Below, one piece after another: positions 51,111 through 62,790 of a DNA stretch of 64,000 nt (its first letter is position 1; every line of letters starts with the position of its first letter). Made by a program: the position numbers and the translations under genes. The stretch lies in NCBI GenBank assembly GCA_965644265.1, contig OZ286476.1, positions 22,444,001-22,508,000 on the forward strand, read 5' to 3'. This stretch comes from Glycera tridactyla (lineage: Eukaryota). A model generated the notes under the pieces. The model was not told the DNA's origin. It was given only the letters and a program-made list of their open reading frames with translations, and did no database searches.

Positions 51111-52455
51111 CTTCAAGGAAAGGCTCTTGGTGATTGCGTACATTCATCAAGGACTTCAGGTTCATTTTGGGCATGTCTGTGATGCGTGCCCTGTAACTCT
51201 TTTTGTCACTCTCCACTCTGTGTTCGTTGAATATTAATTGATTGTTGTTCTTGGTCAGAAAAATATAGGTTATGCACCTTCTGTGCCATGAGTTGAAAAA
51301 AAGATGCAAATCAAATTAAATGGTTTAGTAATCCTCATACATGGGAATCACATTTCTGGATACGCCATACTTGATATCACTGGGCATGTAGACCATGAGG
51401 GATAAATGGAACTACCAAATGTTACAGCCTCACAACTGTCATGGCCTAATTATTCATGCGTGTCCCGCACTTTATTGATCCGTTGAACCCAGGCTCATCC
51501 TAAGAATGTCACTGTGACAGAATCCACATGAACTGCAGCCTGATAGGAGCTTGATGTGTATCAATTAGGAACATCTGTGGGAGTAGTTCGAAGAGATGAA
51601 GGATGGAAACCTTGTTTGTTGCGATAATACTGATAATGTCCAAATTGTCACCCAATATTCTTCCTATGAAATTGGGAAAAACTTGTCCCTTCTGACGATA
51701 GAGCAACCACCCAATCGGGCCCGATTCACGAGATTTGTTCCAATGGAGATATATATTTCCAAAATATAATACCAGAATCCCAAAATGCTCTGGCACTGGA
51801 ATCTCTGCTCTTGACGAACCAATTTGGTCTGGCTTGGTCTCAATTCGAGACAACTACTTTTTCTATGGAAATAATTTTTTGAAAGCCGCAAGTGCTCTGT
51901 ACGCTGAGATTTTATTAACTTTGTGCCAACTTTTGCAACTACTGGCGCGGCCATTTTGGATTGCAATTCTCTCTACTTCTATATATATCTGTCTCCCTGG
52001 CTCATCTGCATAGCTTCTATGTCATGAGGTGGGGGGGGGGGATTTCATGGCTACCGTCGGCGTGTGTCTGTAGATATGTATGTCACTTCTCCCTGCCACT
52101 CACCCCAATGAATGACAGTGAGGAGAAGGGGCATATACGCTGCATCCTCCTTCCCACCATGTGAGTGTGTGACCTGATTTCTCACCCTAATTTCATTCAC
52201 TTTGCAGCTGATTGAAACACCAAATTGTTTATCAGTGACAGTCACTGATAGCTTTCAATTTAAGCTACAAACAAAAATTCACACAAAGGATTCCATTTGA
52301 AAAGGTAATGAACATGCATGCCCCTGATCACTGTAATGGGTAACCCATCTGCTTGCACTGGAATCTGTTTGGCCATTCGCAAGTTCAATTTTCTGTTGAA
52401 ATTCTTCAAGGGACCGAAGAGCAAAAATACATCCGTGTATCACACAGGCTATGGC

Positions 52456-52457
<2 letters not shown>

Positions 52458-52502
<45 letters not shown>

Positions 52503-52504
52503 TA
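52458..52504. repeat. (TA)n microsatellite
   Basis: About 22 TA units. Confidence 0.95.
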
Positions 52505-52699
52505 TCAAAGTTTTATTGGTATGTAGTATAATCAGAAGCATTGCATACATTATGGTAGGTACGTTCATGTTGCTTCTTCGCTGTCAGTAAGCATTATTGA
52601 GGACACAACGAAGGACATACCAAGGCTTCTGAGAGCATGTTGAGGCACTGGAAAGTTTGTTTGAATCAAACCAAGGTAGAGACGCTATTCAACTGCAAT

Positions 52700-54700
52700 T
52701 ACCTAATACCATTCATTATTCAATTGCAATGAGAGTGTCATCATGAGCAAAAGATGATGTATTGTCCTATAATCACGAACTGCTAAGCTTCTTTAATGAG
52801 CTTTTGTAGGACTAGATTATGGAGAAGGAAGATTAAGGCCACCTGCGTTTGGTTTGATTAGAAACACTACTAATCTTCTGCTTGCTCGTCTGACTACAGT
52901 CATTCCATCTCTCTCATTGTCAGGTCTTTTGCTAACCCATTCAAAGACAGCCCGTTTTCTCTCAAAAAAATGATTACTTCACTCAGAACTTTGTTCTTCT
53001 CCAACAATCAGATTGACTACATATACAAGTCACTACACTATCGTTTGTATATGGATCATGCTGATCGAAAGGACATGTAAAGGTCTCATAAAAGATCCAA
53101 TGATATAGAAGTTCTGTGTTCAAACAGATTTTCGACAACAGCTACATGAATGGCTGAATTTGAGCACTGAGACACTAGTAATGAGAGTCTCAAATTTCAA
53201 GAGATAATGGAGAAAAATGAAGATGAAGAGATTTTCATATTGACAATCGGGTCACATATCTGATTTCAATATTGAAATGGGAAATTTGCTTTGCAATGCT
53301 GAGCCTTTCTTGTTATCAGGATGTGGACATTCCTGGCAACTCCCAGCCTCTCCAGACAAGGTATGCACGATCTCAGTGACCTCTTTCGAGTGTAGTCAGT
53401 CGACCTAACATATCTGTAGTGAACAGTCTCAATGTATCAAAGCCCTCTTTATATCTGCACTGAGCAATCTGAATACATCAAAACAATCATTACAAAGTGC
53501 AGGCTAAGATCGTACATCATTACAGTGCCAACAATACGTGCATCACCACTGTTTCTCATCCATCGGATGACATTTATATTGGGCATATACATATTTTCTA
53601 GATCATACGCATCATATTTGTACATGATGCATTGTGTTTTGAATTACTGGTCTCTGTTTAAAATTGGATGTGTGATATCATTTGCATTCTGTAAATTAGA
53701 CTGAAATGAGGCATTTGACAAATAATCCACATCAATACTTTATATGAAGCTTCATGAACCTTCATACCAGCAGAGCATGAACAGATCGCCACTGTAGAAC
53801 CCTGCAGTGAGTTACAATATTTACCAGAATAAATACCATAGTTCACCAGCTGACATTAGACATGTTCTTCAAAACTCTTTCAATCAATGATATCTTTGCA
53901 GCTCTGTGAAGCCTCGATACCAACAGAACATGACCGGATTACCATTGCAGGGGCCTGCAATGAGATACATTATTTATTGGAGCAAATATCATCAATCACC
54001 AACTGACATTGGACGTGTTCTTCGGGAACAGCTGGAATGATCATCATTCCAACTAGCTAGATTCTGTCTCAATTCTGGAGATCACCGCCTTGATTATGTC
54101 ACTAATGCCGCGTGATCAATGCTGCTCTTGATAATCTGATGTAATCTCTGAAACAGACTTGGACAAAAATGATTCGACTTTTGATTGAAGTTATCAGTTC
54201 ATTCACAGATGTTTATACGAGTGTTCGTGCTTGCTGATGGCTTCACTACACTGCTGAGACCCCTCCAACTGGCTGAGATGAGAATGATTAACAGGAAGTT
54301 CAAAAGAAGAATTGTCCTCGCAATTGCATGGGCGTCAATGTCAGCCCTTTTGCGATGTTTTTGTAAAAAAAAAATTCGAAATTGTTTTTGCCGCAAGGTT
54401 TCACATCGTAGTTTTTGTTGAACCCATCTGCTATCATCACATCTCATTCACATGTACTATAATATATCAGGAATCATTTGTAGAGGGCATTTTGGCCACC
54501 ACATAGCTCTACGTAAAATGCATATTCGGACTTGCTTGCGGACTTTGGATATTGACTTCATGTCAAGGTTTTTGTCAGAGTCAAGTAACTCAATAACCAT
54601 GGCCCCACCATCACCAATGTCATACACATATGCTCCATCGTGTTACAGGGGATGTTCACCCTTCACAGCAGCAGTATCATAGTTTGGGGTAGTGAAATTA
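52700..54700 (+). pseudogene. LRR gene remnants
   Basis: Canonical LRR LKKMITSLRTLFFSNNQIDYI (52961-53023), AFVGLD, TCLRTLDIDF (ORF 54452-54682), and two LRRNT-type modules near 53810 and 53965. Confidence 0.55.
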
Positions 54701-55149
54701 CTCATATTGGGGAAAATGGACTTTTGTTCTTGTTCAGATTCAACGAGCAGCTTCTCAGTTCTTCATGGATGATATTTGGTTGAAAAGTTGATATTTTCTG
54801 CGAGTATGTGGCCTCCCATTCTTGTAGTGATTTTCAGTCAAGGGTTGATACTTCATAAGAATCTGTATCCCTATCGATCTAATACAGTCTACGCGAGTAT
54901 AAGACAATAGTATGACAACAAATCAGGAAATATGGGCAGGGGAAATGCTAAGTAAAACTGACAGAATATACAAAAATACGTGGTAGCAGTAGTGGTGCAA
55001 TAGCATGATGTGTCTATGTTGTCCCCAATTGAAAAAATACTACATAGGATGAGATCTGAAGAGCATACAAATTGATTAAAGTGCTGGGTATTAGTTTAGA
55101 GTATTTCATTCTTTGAGAGAATAGCTGACTATATATTTCAGGATATTGA

Positions 55150-56145
55150 AACTTATTATATATCCTTTTTTGAAATGAATGAGTTCTCACCACTGCTGCT
55201 CTCAATCTGTAGTAACCATATCAATTTTCGAATATCCAGAATTTCTCATTTGCACCAAAATATTAGGTGATGAAGTCAGCCCAGCTATCACTAATGTATT
55301 GCATCAGTGCGTGATTTCCTCACACTCCTGCCCCACTTTTGCGGCGCCTATTCATATTACCGCTTGTTCTTTAGATAAACACTCTTCGCTTTCTATTATT
55401 GTCGATGCCACTATTTGCAATCCTGATATTTTCTGCAATGAGTCATAAGGAAAATGTCTTCTTCATCGCCTATTCCCACATTACAACTAATTGCATTTCT
55501 ACCATCTTCATGTCTAGGAACCATATTGCTGCATCAGCTAATGCTACTTCAGAGAATACTGTCTCCTCTGTTCTCACTAGTGTTGATACTTCTAGGACTG
55601 CAATGCTCCCATTATCACATCATCAGCGCATCTTCTATTTTGACTCATACTCCCAACCATATCCTAACTAGTGGCGAATCCCAGAGATTTTCACACATGA
55701 AATATCGCGAGAAATATGTCATGGTTGTGAGATGTCTCATTGGTATGATGTATGCTGTATCGAATTCAATGAAGGCAGGCAATATTACATGAATTGGGGG
55801 AAAACCCATCCGGCCTGAATCATACCGGAATAGAGCACTCAGATATGTGATATTTCTCCGTAAGCAATCATATCAACAGAAGTGAGATTTGACACAATGT
55901 TTCACAGTGTGCAGTCAGACTTGTACCAAGCAAGAACCTGCTCTAAGCTACAGAATTGTGTTCATTCCGCCAAGTTATTCTTCACTATACTTGACCTGTT
56001 CTGGGCGTGAACTTGCCCCAGGCACACACTTTCTTCACTTCCTGTGACTTCATACGTAGGACAAGTCTGACCATTTACAGCAGGCAGGTGGATAAAGCAT
56101 GGACCAAGCATGCACATTTCTGTATGCTTCCTGACCCCCCCCCCT
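55150..56145 (+). pseudogene. LRR gene remnant, continuing at 61369-61600 after the DIRS insertion
   Basis: ISTIFMSRNHI and LTSVDTSR (ORF 55399-55671). 55750-56145 + 61369-61600 is colinear with 39240-39860 and 42360-42965. Confidence 0.5.
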
Positions 56146-56402
56146 GTTTATTTATCAAACCTGGGGATCTATGCTTACCACTTCTACCTCAAATACTGCA
56201 TTCCCCAGGCCGAATGCCTACGTGCGAACATTATAACAATATAAAATTTATTTAGAGGATGGAACCTCCCTCTGATCTCCCTTCCACCAGGTGGCTTATG
56301 ATATACTGGCCACCAGAGGTCGGCCCATCTGCTTTGTTTATCTGTGTGTTTTTCCAACGAGCGTTGAGCTCTACAGCAGGGAAGGATGGGAGGGACCATC
56401 CA

Positions 56403-56495
56403 ATTTGAGGGAGAAATGGTAAGTATAGATCCCCACGTTAGATAAATAAACCTGGCAGGGATCTATCTGTACCATTTCTCCCTCAAATTCTGCAT
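56403..56495. other. DIRS internal complementary region (ICR)
   Basis: 56403-56451 is complementary to terminus 56146-56193. 56458-56495 matches the reverse complement of 61334-61368. Confidence 0.9.
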
Positions 56496-56529
56496 GAATA
56501 TGACACGGATGGTGGGTGTAGAGCCCCCA

Positions 56530-57035
56530 TCACTACATGTCTACCGGGAAGTCCATATACCAAACCTGGTAATGGGATCAAACCCGGTTATTCAGAATAA
56601 TATATATTTATAGACCCGGAGTATACACTCCTTGTCTACGAGGAAGTTCATATACCACTCCTGGTAATGGAATCAAACCCAGTTATTTGATATATCCGAA
56701 ACCCAGAGCAACACTCCATGTCTACCAGGAAGTTTATTACCACTCCTGGTAATGGAATCAAACCCAGTTGTTTGATATATAAAAGACCCGGAGCAAAACT
56801 CCATGTCTACTAGGAAGTTCATATACCATTCCTGGTAATGGAATCAAACCCAGTTATTTATTAATGATAATAGGACCCGGAGCAGAAACTCCTTGTTTAA
56901 CAGGAAGTTCATATACCAGCTGGTAATGGAATCAAACCTGTTTATTCATATGATATACAAGACCCGGAGAAAACTCCTCGTCTATCAGGAATTTCATATA
57001 CTGTTATCAGTGATGTAATCAAACCCAATTATTAA
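56530..57035. repeat. ~87-bp tandem repeat (5-6 copies) in the DIRS 3' region
   Basis: GACCCGGAG-type unit starts at 56613, ~56699, 56785, 56874 and 56961. Confidence 0.9.
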
Positions 57036-58168
57036 TGTGAATATAACTATAACTACACATATGTAGGGATTAATAATCGATTGAGCTACCACAAGTGGAC
57101 CTAATGAGTACAGATTGAGAGCCTGGCCACACATGTCTCGAAGATAGAAGGTGGCAAACCTGGAACCAGACTTCCAAAATGCTGCCCTCATTAGTTCATC
57201 CACAAAACGACCTTGATCGAATGATTTCCAAGAGGTTGCCATGGCTCGTCTCATGGGCTGAAACATTTTCTGGTAGTTCATCTGATTCATCAGCTTTGTC
57301 ATATGCCATGTTGACCACTTGCTGAATCCATGTAGAGGTCCTGTCAAGTTTGATCTCTCTCTGTGGAGATCTACAGGGAGGTATAAAAAGTCTAATTCTT
57401 CTACCTCTGAAAGGTGAAATTCTGCTCAAATATGTGTGTAGTGCCTCAACTGTACACACTGAGTTCTGTATTCCACTGTTCACCAGAATAGCTGGAATAA
57501 CAACCTCTGGTTGTCCTGACAATGGACTCTGATTCTTTGCCAAGAACCCAGGTACAGCAAACAGTTTGACACTGGACAGGTCTACAGCGAATCTCCCTGC
57601 TTTGTCAGAACCTGAAAATGCATGTATCTCACTCCTTCTATTGCCTGGAGCGAGTAATGAGCGATACTACTCTACTGGTGAGATTCAGGAAACTGCAAGA
57701 AGTGAGGGGTTCAAAAGTCTTAGAAAGTAAAAATCCTAAGACTAAGGACAAATCCTATTGTGAAACCATTCTTCGAACCACTGGCCTCTCCCGAAAGAAA
57801 TTTTTCAGCAGAGATTTGACATCTCTTTCTGCAAGAACATCACAACCCGTATTGATAAAAACAGATTGAATAGCGTTCTGTACCTCTGACAGTAGATGGA
57901 GATAGTCCTGACACGAAAAGTTCGATCAGAAATTCTACCAATTCTGGTGTAGAGATGTGTGCACAATCCACTCCCCTGTTCTCACACCAGAAGGTTCATT
58001 TCTTCCACCCACTGTCATAGCTTTAGCTGTCGAATCTCTGACTGAGCGAGTGATCAGCTCTGCAGCCTTTGCTGAATAACCCTTTCTGGAGAGGGTGCTC
58101 CTTGCGGTCAGGTTCATTATTTGCGGGCGGAAGTGGTAAACTCTTTTGTTGCCCACTACTTGTGTCAT
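56994..58168 (-). pseudogene. DIRS tyrosine recombinase (frameshifted)
   Basis: RERP..DLSLVL..FEPL, NRRSEIHAF, GFLAKNQ, AHETSHGNL, ELMRAAFWKSGSRFATFYLRD. Confidence 0.88.
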
Positions 58169-58169
58169 T

Positions 58170-58965
58170 AGATTTACTCATACTGGTAATTCCAGAGGCT
58201 GATCTATTGATATCTCCAGGAGGTTTGAAAACTGGTTTGGCCACCAAGGGGCAATTCATATCAGTGTGGTTTCCAGACCTCTTAGGCAATTTATCACATC
58301 TCTCAAAAGAGATGTGGGGGGAAAGATGTATGCTACACTGTATTCCTCCCAACTCATGGACAGAGCATCCGTGGCCAATGCTCGGGGTTCCGGCTAAGGG
58401 CGAATGAACACAGGAAGTCTTGTGTTTGTCTGCATAGCCATCAAATCTATTACTGGAAACAACTTGTATCTCTCTACAATCTGTTGAAAAACTGTTGCAT
58501 CCAGAGTCCGCTCTGTTTAAATTGGGTTTGATTGGGACAGAGCATCCTCTAATACATTGCGCCTTCCCGGGATGTGCCTCACTCTCAATATCATTGACAT
58601 TTCCTCTGCCTGAGTGTATATCTTCCATGCAGGAGCACACATCAGAGATGACTGTGTGCCCCCTTGCTTCTTCATGTAAGAAACTGTTGTCATATTGTCT
58701 GTTGAAATCAAGACAATCTGGTTGATGAGAAACTCTGAGAAATGGGCAATTGCAAGCAGTACCGCTTCCAGTTCCAAAGCCTTGATGGATCTGCCCATCC
58801 GTGAGACTGGCCATATTCCAGCCGTCTGTTGTCTCTCTTTGTCCATGATCAGGCACGCTCCTCATCTCTTGAGAGAAGCGTCTGTCATCAGGGTGGCAGT
58901 TGTGGGTTCCTCTAGTAGTAGAATCCCCCAAGTGTGTTCCTTCTGTCCAACCACCATCTCAAACT
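58170..58965 (-). pseudogene. DIRS RNase H + DNA N6-adenine methyltransferase-like remnants
   Basis: LMTDAS, ELEAVLLAI..TDNMTTVSYMKKQGG..HIPGRRNVLEDALS, and PVIDLMA..NTRLPVF..ALATDALSMSW..YIFPP. Confidence 0.88.
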
Positions 58966-59199
58966 TGTCACCACTTTTTTGTGGAAGGCATATCATTATT
59001 TTGATAGGGTCTGAAAGGGTTTCCACAGAGATAGAAGAAAAATCTGTAGAGCTGGGTGAACCGAAAACTGATGGTTGTAAATCTTTGTTCAAATCATCAT
59101 CATTCAATTGAGCCAGAATTTGAGCATGAGATTGAACCTGTAAAGTTGGGAGTCTCTCATTTGTCAAACATTACTGTTGAGGTTGACTATGACCTAAGG

Positions 59200-59960
59200 G
59201 AGACTGCCTATGCTCACATATGTTAGGTGTCATCACTGTGCTATGTACTATGCTTGAAGGTACAGGACCGGTCTGAAGCATACTGACACCTACTGGTACA
59301 GTACTCACCGGACACACTGTACTGGACACTGCCATTCGTCCTATATTTACCGGTGCCTCTTAACCTATTGACTGTCCGGTTGCCCGTACTTCCGGACCTG
59401 ACTTCTGTGAGGCTTGTACCGGTAGTTGACTCACTGGCCCAGAAATGTGAGTAATATCCACATTTTGTCCGTCTGTGAGTGCAACTGAGGTTAACTGACC
59501 GGACTGAATAACATTTGCCATTGATTTGTCCATGTCCGTTACCTCTTCCAAGTCCGGGGCTCCATCCATGCCCTCCATTTGGACTGGAAAATCTTGAGGA
59601 ACATGATATTCTGGATTCCTGCCAGGAATCCACAAAGGATGAGAGGGAGATCAATATTCTCAGTAGAGTTTTGAATAAGGGCTTGGGTCACTGACACTTC
59701 CTTAGAATAGAATAGAATAGAAGCAGCGGTCTTCCTCTTCGAGGCGAATTTCCTTCGTTTGTAATGCGCTGCCCAGCGTTCTAGGGTCCAGGCAGAACAG
59801 ATATTACATACTCTCTGCCCGAATCTTTGGACATCCTCCAATTTATCACGAGCCCTACACAAAGGGCATAGATCGTGGTCTTCCCATGACCCATGTTTCT
59901 GCAAGGATGACATAAGTGAATGAGTATTCGCATTGATGAATGATTGGTGCAGGATCACTA
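59200..59960 (-). pseudogene. DIRS gag-like ORF1 remnant
   Basis: EDHDLCPLCR...VCNICSAWT (C/H-rich N-terminal motif of DIRS gag), followed by low-complexity sequence. Confidence 0.7.
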
Positions 59961-60284
59961 TGTGCACACATGAAATAGACGCCCACCCACACACGATAGG
60001 GATTAGCAGGAATAATATGACAATCACTCTATAAATCACTCATGAAAAGGGTATATGACACCATCTGAAAAGGCAAGGTTATGAAAGTCACAGACCCGAA
60101 GGCCATATCAGCTCACCTGTGGCAAAATTGATTATAATAACTTCACCACCCACAACGATGATATGAAATTCACAGACTCAATGCCAAGGCAAGAGTCATT
60201 TCAACACAATACAAAAGCAACAATATTGAATTGAATTTAATATCAAGCTGAATGAGGTTTCTGATCATCGGACAACTGACACCC

Positions 60285-60780
60285 GACACGGCCATGAACG
60301 AAACACTACCTCAGATGCATCACCGGACACGGCCACGCGAGAATGAGAGCTCCCATAGAGCAGTGTAGAGATACCGGACACTATGATCGCACCCAAAACT
60401 GCTTAATACCTGGGAACAACTGATTATGACGACTTAATTCCATGGAACTGTGAACTGTCATCGCGCGAACAAATCGGGGATAAACACACCAATTTACGTC
60501 AGCAACCTATTACCGCCGCTGTCAATTATACCGGACAAAGCCGTGAACAAAACACTACCTCGGATGCGTCACCGGACACGGCTGCGCGAGAATTAGACGC
60601 TCGCAAAGAGCTACCGGACACCGGAAACTATGATCACACACGGATCTGCCTAATACATGGGAACAACTGATTATCACGACTTAATTCCATGGAACTGTAA
60701 ACTGTCATCGCGCGAACAAATCGGCGATTAATAGACCAAATTTTGTCAGCGACCTATTACCGCTGCTGTCAAATTATAGC
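60285..60780. repeat. ~249-bp tandem duplication in the DIRS 5' UTR
   Basis: Copies start near 60292 (CCATGAACGAAACACTACC) and 60541 (CCGTGAACAAAACACTACC). Confidence 0.9.
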
Positions 60781-61756
60781 CGATTTCGTCACAGGACACC
60801 GGACACGATGTCGTACATCAACTATCACTGCAAAGACTGATTGACTATCTCAACGCGCACATTGATGTGAGAACAACCTCCTCGACAGCATTCCAGAACT
60901 GTGAACTGTCATTATAAATCTAATAAGGAACCCCGTCACCGCCATGAGCAGCGGACGCCCCTGCGCATGCCCTCCGGCGATCCTGCACCACGCTAACAAT
61001 TACAGGCGATTAAAGTTCGCAAAACAATCCAGGGATATTTTGTGAATATTCCATGTACAAAGAATATGATATCCTAATGATATACACGCAATGATTCCAC
61101 TGGAAAGTCCGTAGGTATCGCAAATTCTAATTTTTGCGAGAGCCCAGGTGTTCCTCAACTGTCTCTAAGGATGCGAAGTTGAAAAATACACAGATAAACA
61201 AAGCAGACTGGCCGACCTCTGGTGGCCAGTATATCATTAGCCACCTGGTGGAAGGGAGGTCGGATGGAGGTTCCATCCTCTAAATGAATCTTATATTGTT
61301 ATAATGTTCGCACGTAGGCATTCGGCCTGGGGAATGCAGAATTTGAGGGAGAGATGGTACAAATAGATCTACATGTTTTATCACTACAATTCACGAGGGT
61401 GCCCCCATCCCTCAATCGATAAGAGATCTCAGGGTATTGAATGATACATTCAACATGCACGAATTTCCAGATTTGGTAGAGATTTCGATGAAATAAATCC
61501 CATATCTTCTGTTATTATGCAAAATCCCACCCGAGTGTTGTAATCCATGCCAAATCAGGTTCATTATCAACACACATAGAATGTGAGTCTCCTGTTGTGT
61601 AGTAGTTAGAGGGGCTGTATAACAGCTATCCACCAGGAACGGGGCACTATGACAGCAGCTGAATATATCACAGTTCTTTCCATACGATAATAGAACAAGT
61701 AAAATCCCACGGGATATATGTATTCCATATGGATTCAAGCTAAGCAATCCTGTCCT

Positions 61757-61830
61757 GGTCAGTTAGCTCAATTGGTTAGAGCGTCATCCTAATGAGTTGA
61801 AGGTTACAGGTTCGATTCCTGTACTGACCA
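61757..61830 (+). tRNA. trnI: tRNA-Ile (anticodon AAT)
   Basis: 74-nt cloverleaf: acceptor GGTCAGT/ACTGACC 7/7, D-stem GCTC/GAGC, anticodon stem 4/5 (one T-T), loop CT-AAT-GA, T-stem ACAGG/CCTGT, TTCGATT loop, discriminator A. Confidence 0.85.
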
Positions 61831-62187
61831 TTTATCCTAGTCAATTCTTTGGATTGTATACTAGCAATGATAAACTATTCACTATAATAGTACTTATCAA
61901 GGAACTAGCACTGAAGCGATATAATGGATGGGGAGAGTGGATGTTATAGTAGAAAAGAATAGCAATGACATCCTATCGTATATTATATTACTCTAGGTTA
62001 GATGCGTAGCAATGGATGTATAATGTAGGTTTGGCATTAAATAGCAACAGAACATATAATATACCACAGGGTATGACTATAAAAGAAGGAATTTGTTTTG
62101 GTTTTAGATCATTATCCTCTGGATTCATTGGATGAGATACTGTCAAGATTGACATCAGGTATATTTCGTTATACTTTGGTATTTGTA

Positions 62188-62790
62188 ATGGGGCGTTCCA
62201 GCAAACAGAGATGTTTACTATGCTATCGAATGTTTCGTGGTGGTGCTGGAATATCTTTACATGAGAGGAGGGTGCACTCGAGAATTTTGGATTCTAATAT
62301 TGAAAACAACCCAGAGTTCAAGGAACAGGAGCTTGTTTTTCTGAGCAAATACGAATCTGATTTGTCACCAACAAACCTCAGGACACATGTTTTGGTAAGT
62401 ATGGATATCCAAACATTGTGTGAAACAGATCAGAATGCATCCACAAGCAGTTTGAACGAGGTGAATAGCAACATCAGTCACAAAAGTGTGCTGCCTCAAG
62501 ATAACATACTATCCAGTGACGCACTGGAGCCCTCTAGCTCCACAATGATTGGAAAAAGGAAACGGGAATCAGGGCACGAGCAGATAAGTGCCAAAAGGAT
62601 CCATTACGATGAATCCAAATATTCAGAATTGGTTACAAAGTTAGCTTTGGATATTGTAATGGCCCCATTCTATTTGGCACTGATACAAATGCAAGTCAGA
62701 TATTACACAGCAGTATCAAGGGTTGAAGGCTCATGTCAGCTCAATGGCACAGTAAATACATCTCATATACTTACCTGGATACATTATTAA
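62188..62790 (+). CDS. Putative C2H2 zinc-finger protein of the Polinton
   Basis: First ATG at 62188 in the open frame 62098-62790. Motif C-x2-C-x12-H-x4-H (CLLCYRMFRGGAGISLHERRVH). TATAAAA at 62078-62084. Confidence 0.55.
   Translation: MGRSSKQRCLLCYRMFRGGAGISLHERRVHSRILDSNIENNPEFKEQELVFLSKYESDLSPTNLRTHVLVSMDIQTLCETDQNASTSSLNEVNSNISHKSVLPQDNILSSDALEPSSSTMIGKRKRESGHEQISAKRIHYDESKYSELVTKLALDIVMAPFYLALIQMQVRYYTAVSRVEGSCQLNGTVNTSHILTWIHY

Larger units (their letters stand above)
56146..61368 (-). mobile_element. DIRS1-type tyrosine-recombinase retrotransposon, RT deleted
   Basis: ITRs 56146-56347 / 61188-61368 and ICR 56403-56495. Gag-like Cys motif, RNase H, Dam-like MTase and YR remnants. 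Boundaries confirmed by the empty paralogous site near 42720-42760. Confidence 0.92.

Noticed and set aside
51300-52450. Possible DNA-transposon insertion between receptor remnants
   Set aside because: No TIR, TSD or transposase motif could be identified, so it was left unannotated.
56530-57035. CRISPR-like array
   Set aside because: The conserved part is ~65-70 bp with short AT-rich related linkers rather than unique 25-45 nt spacers. There are no cas genes, and it lies inside a eukaryotic DIRS element.
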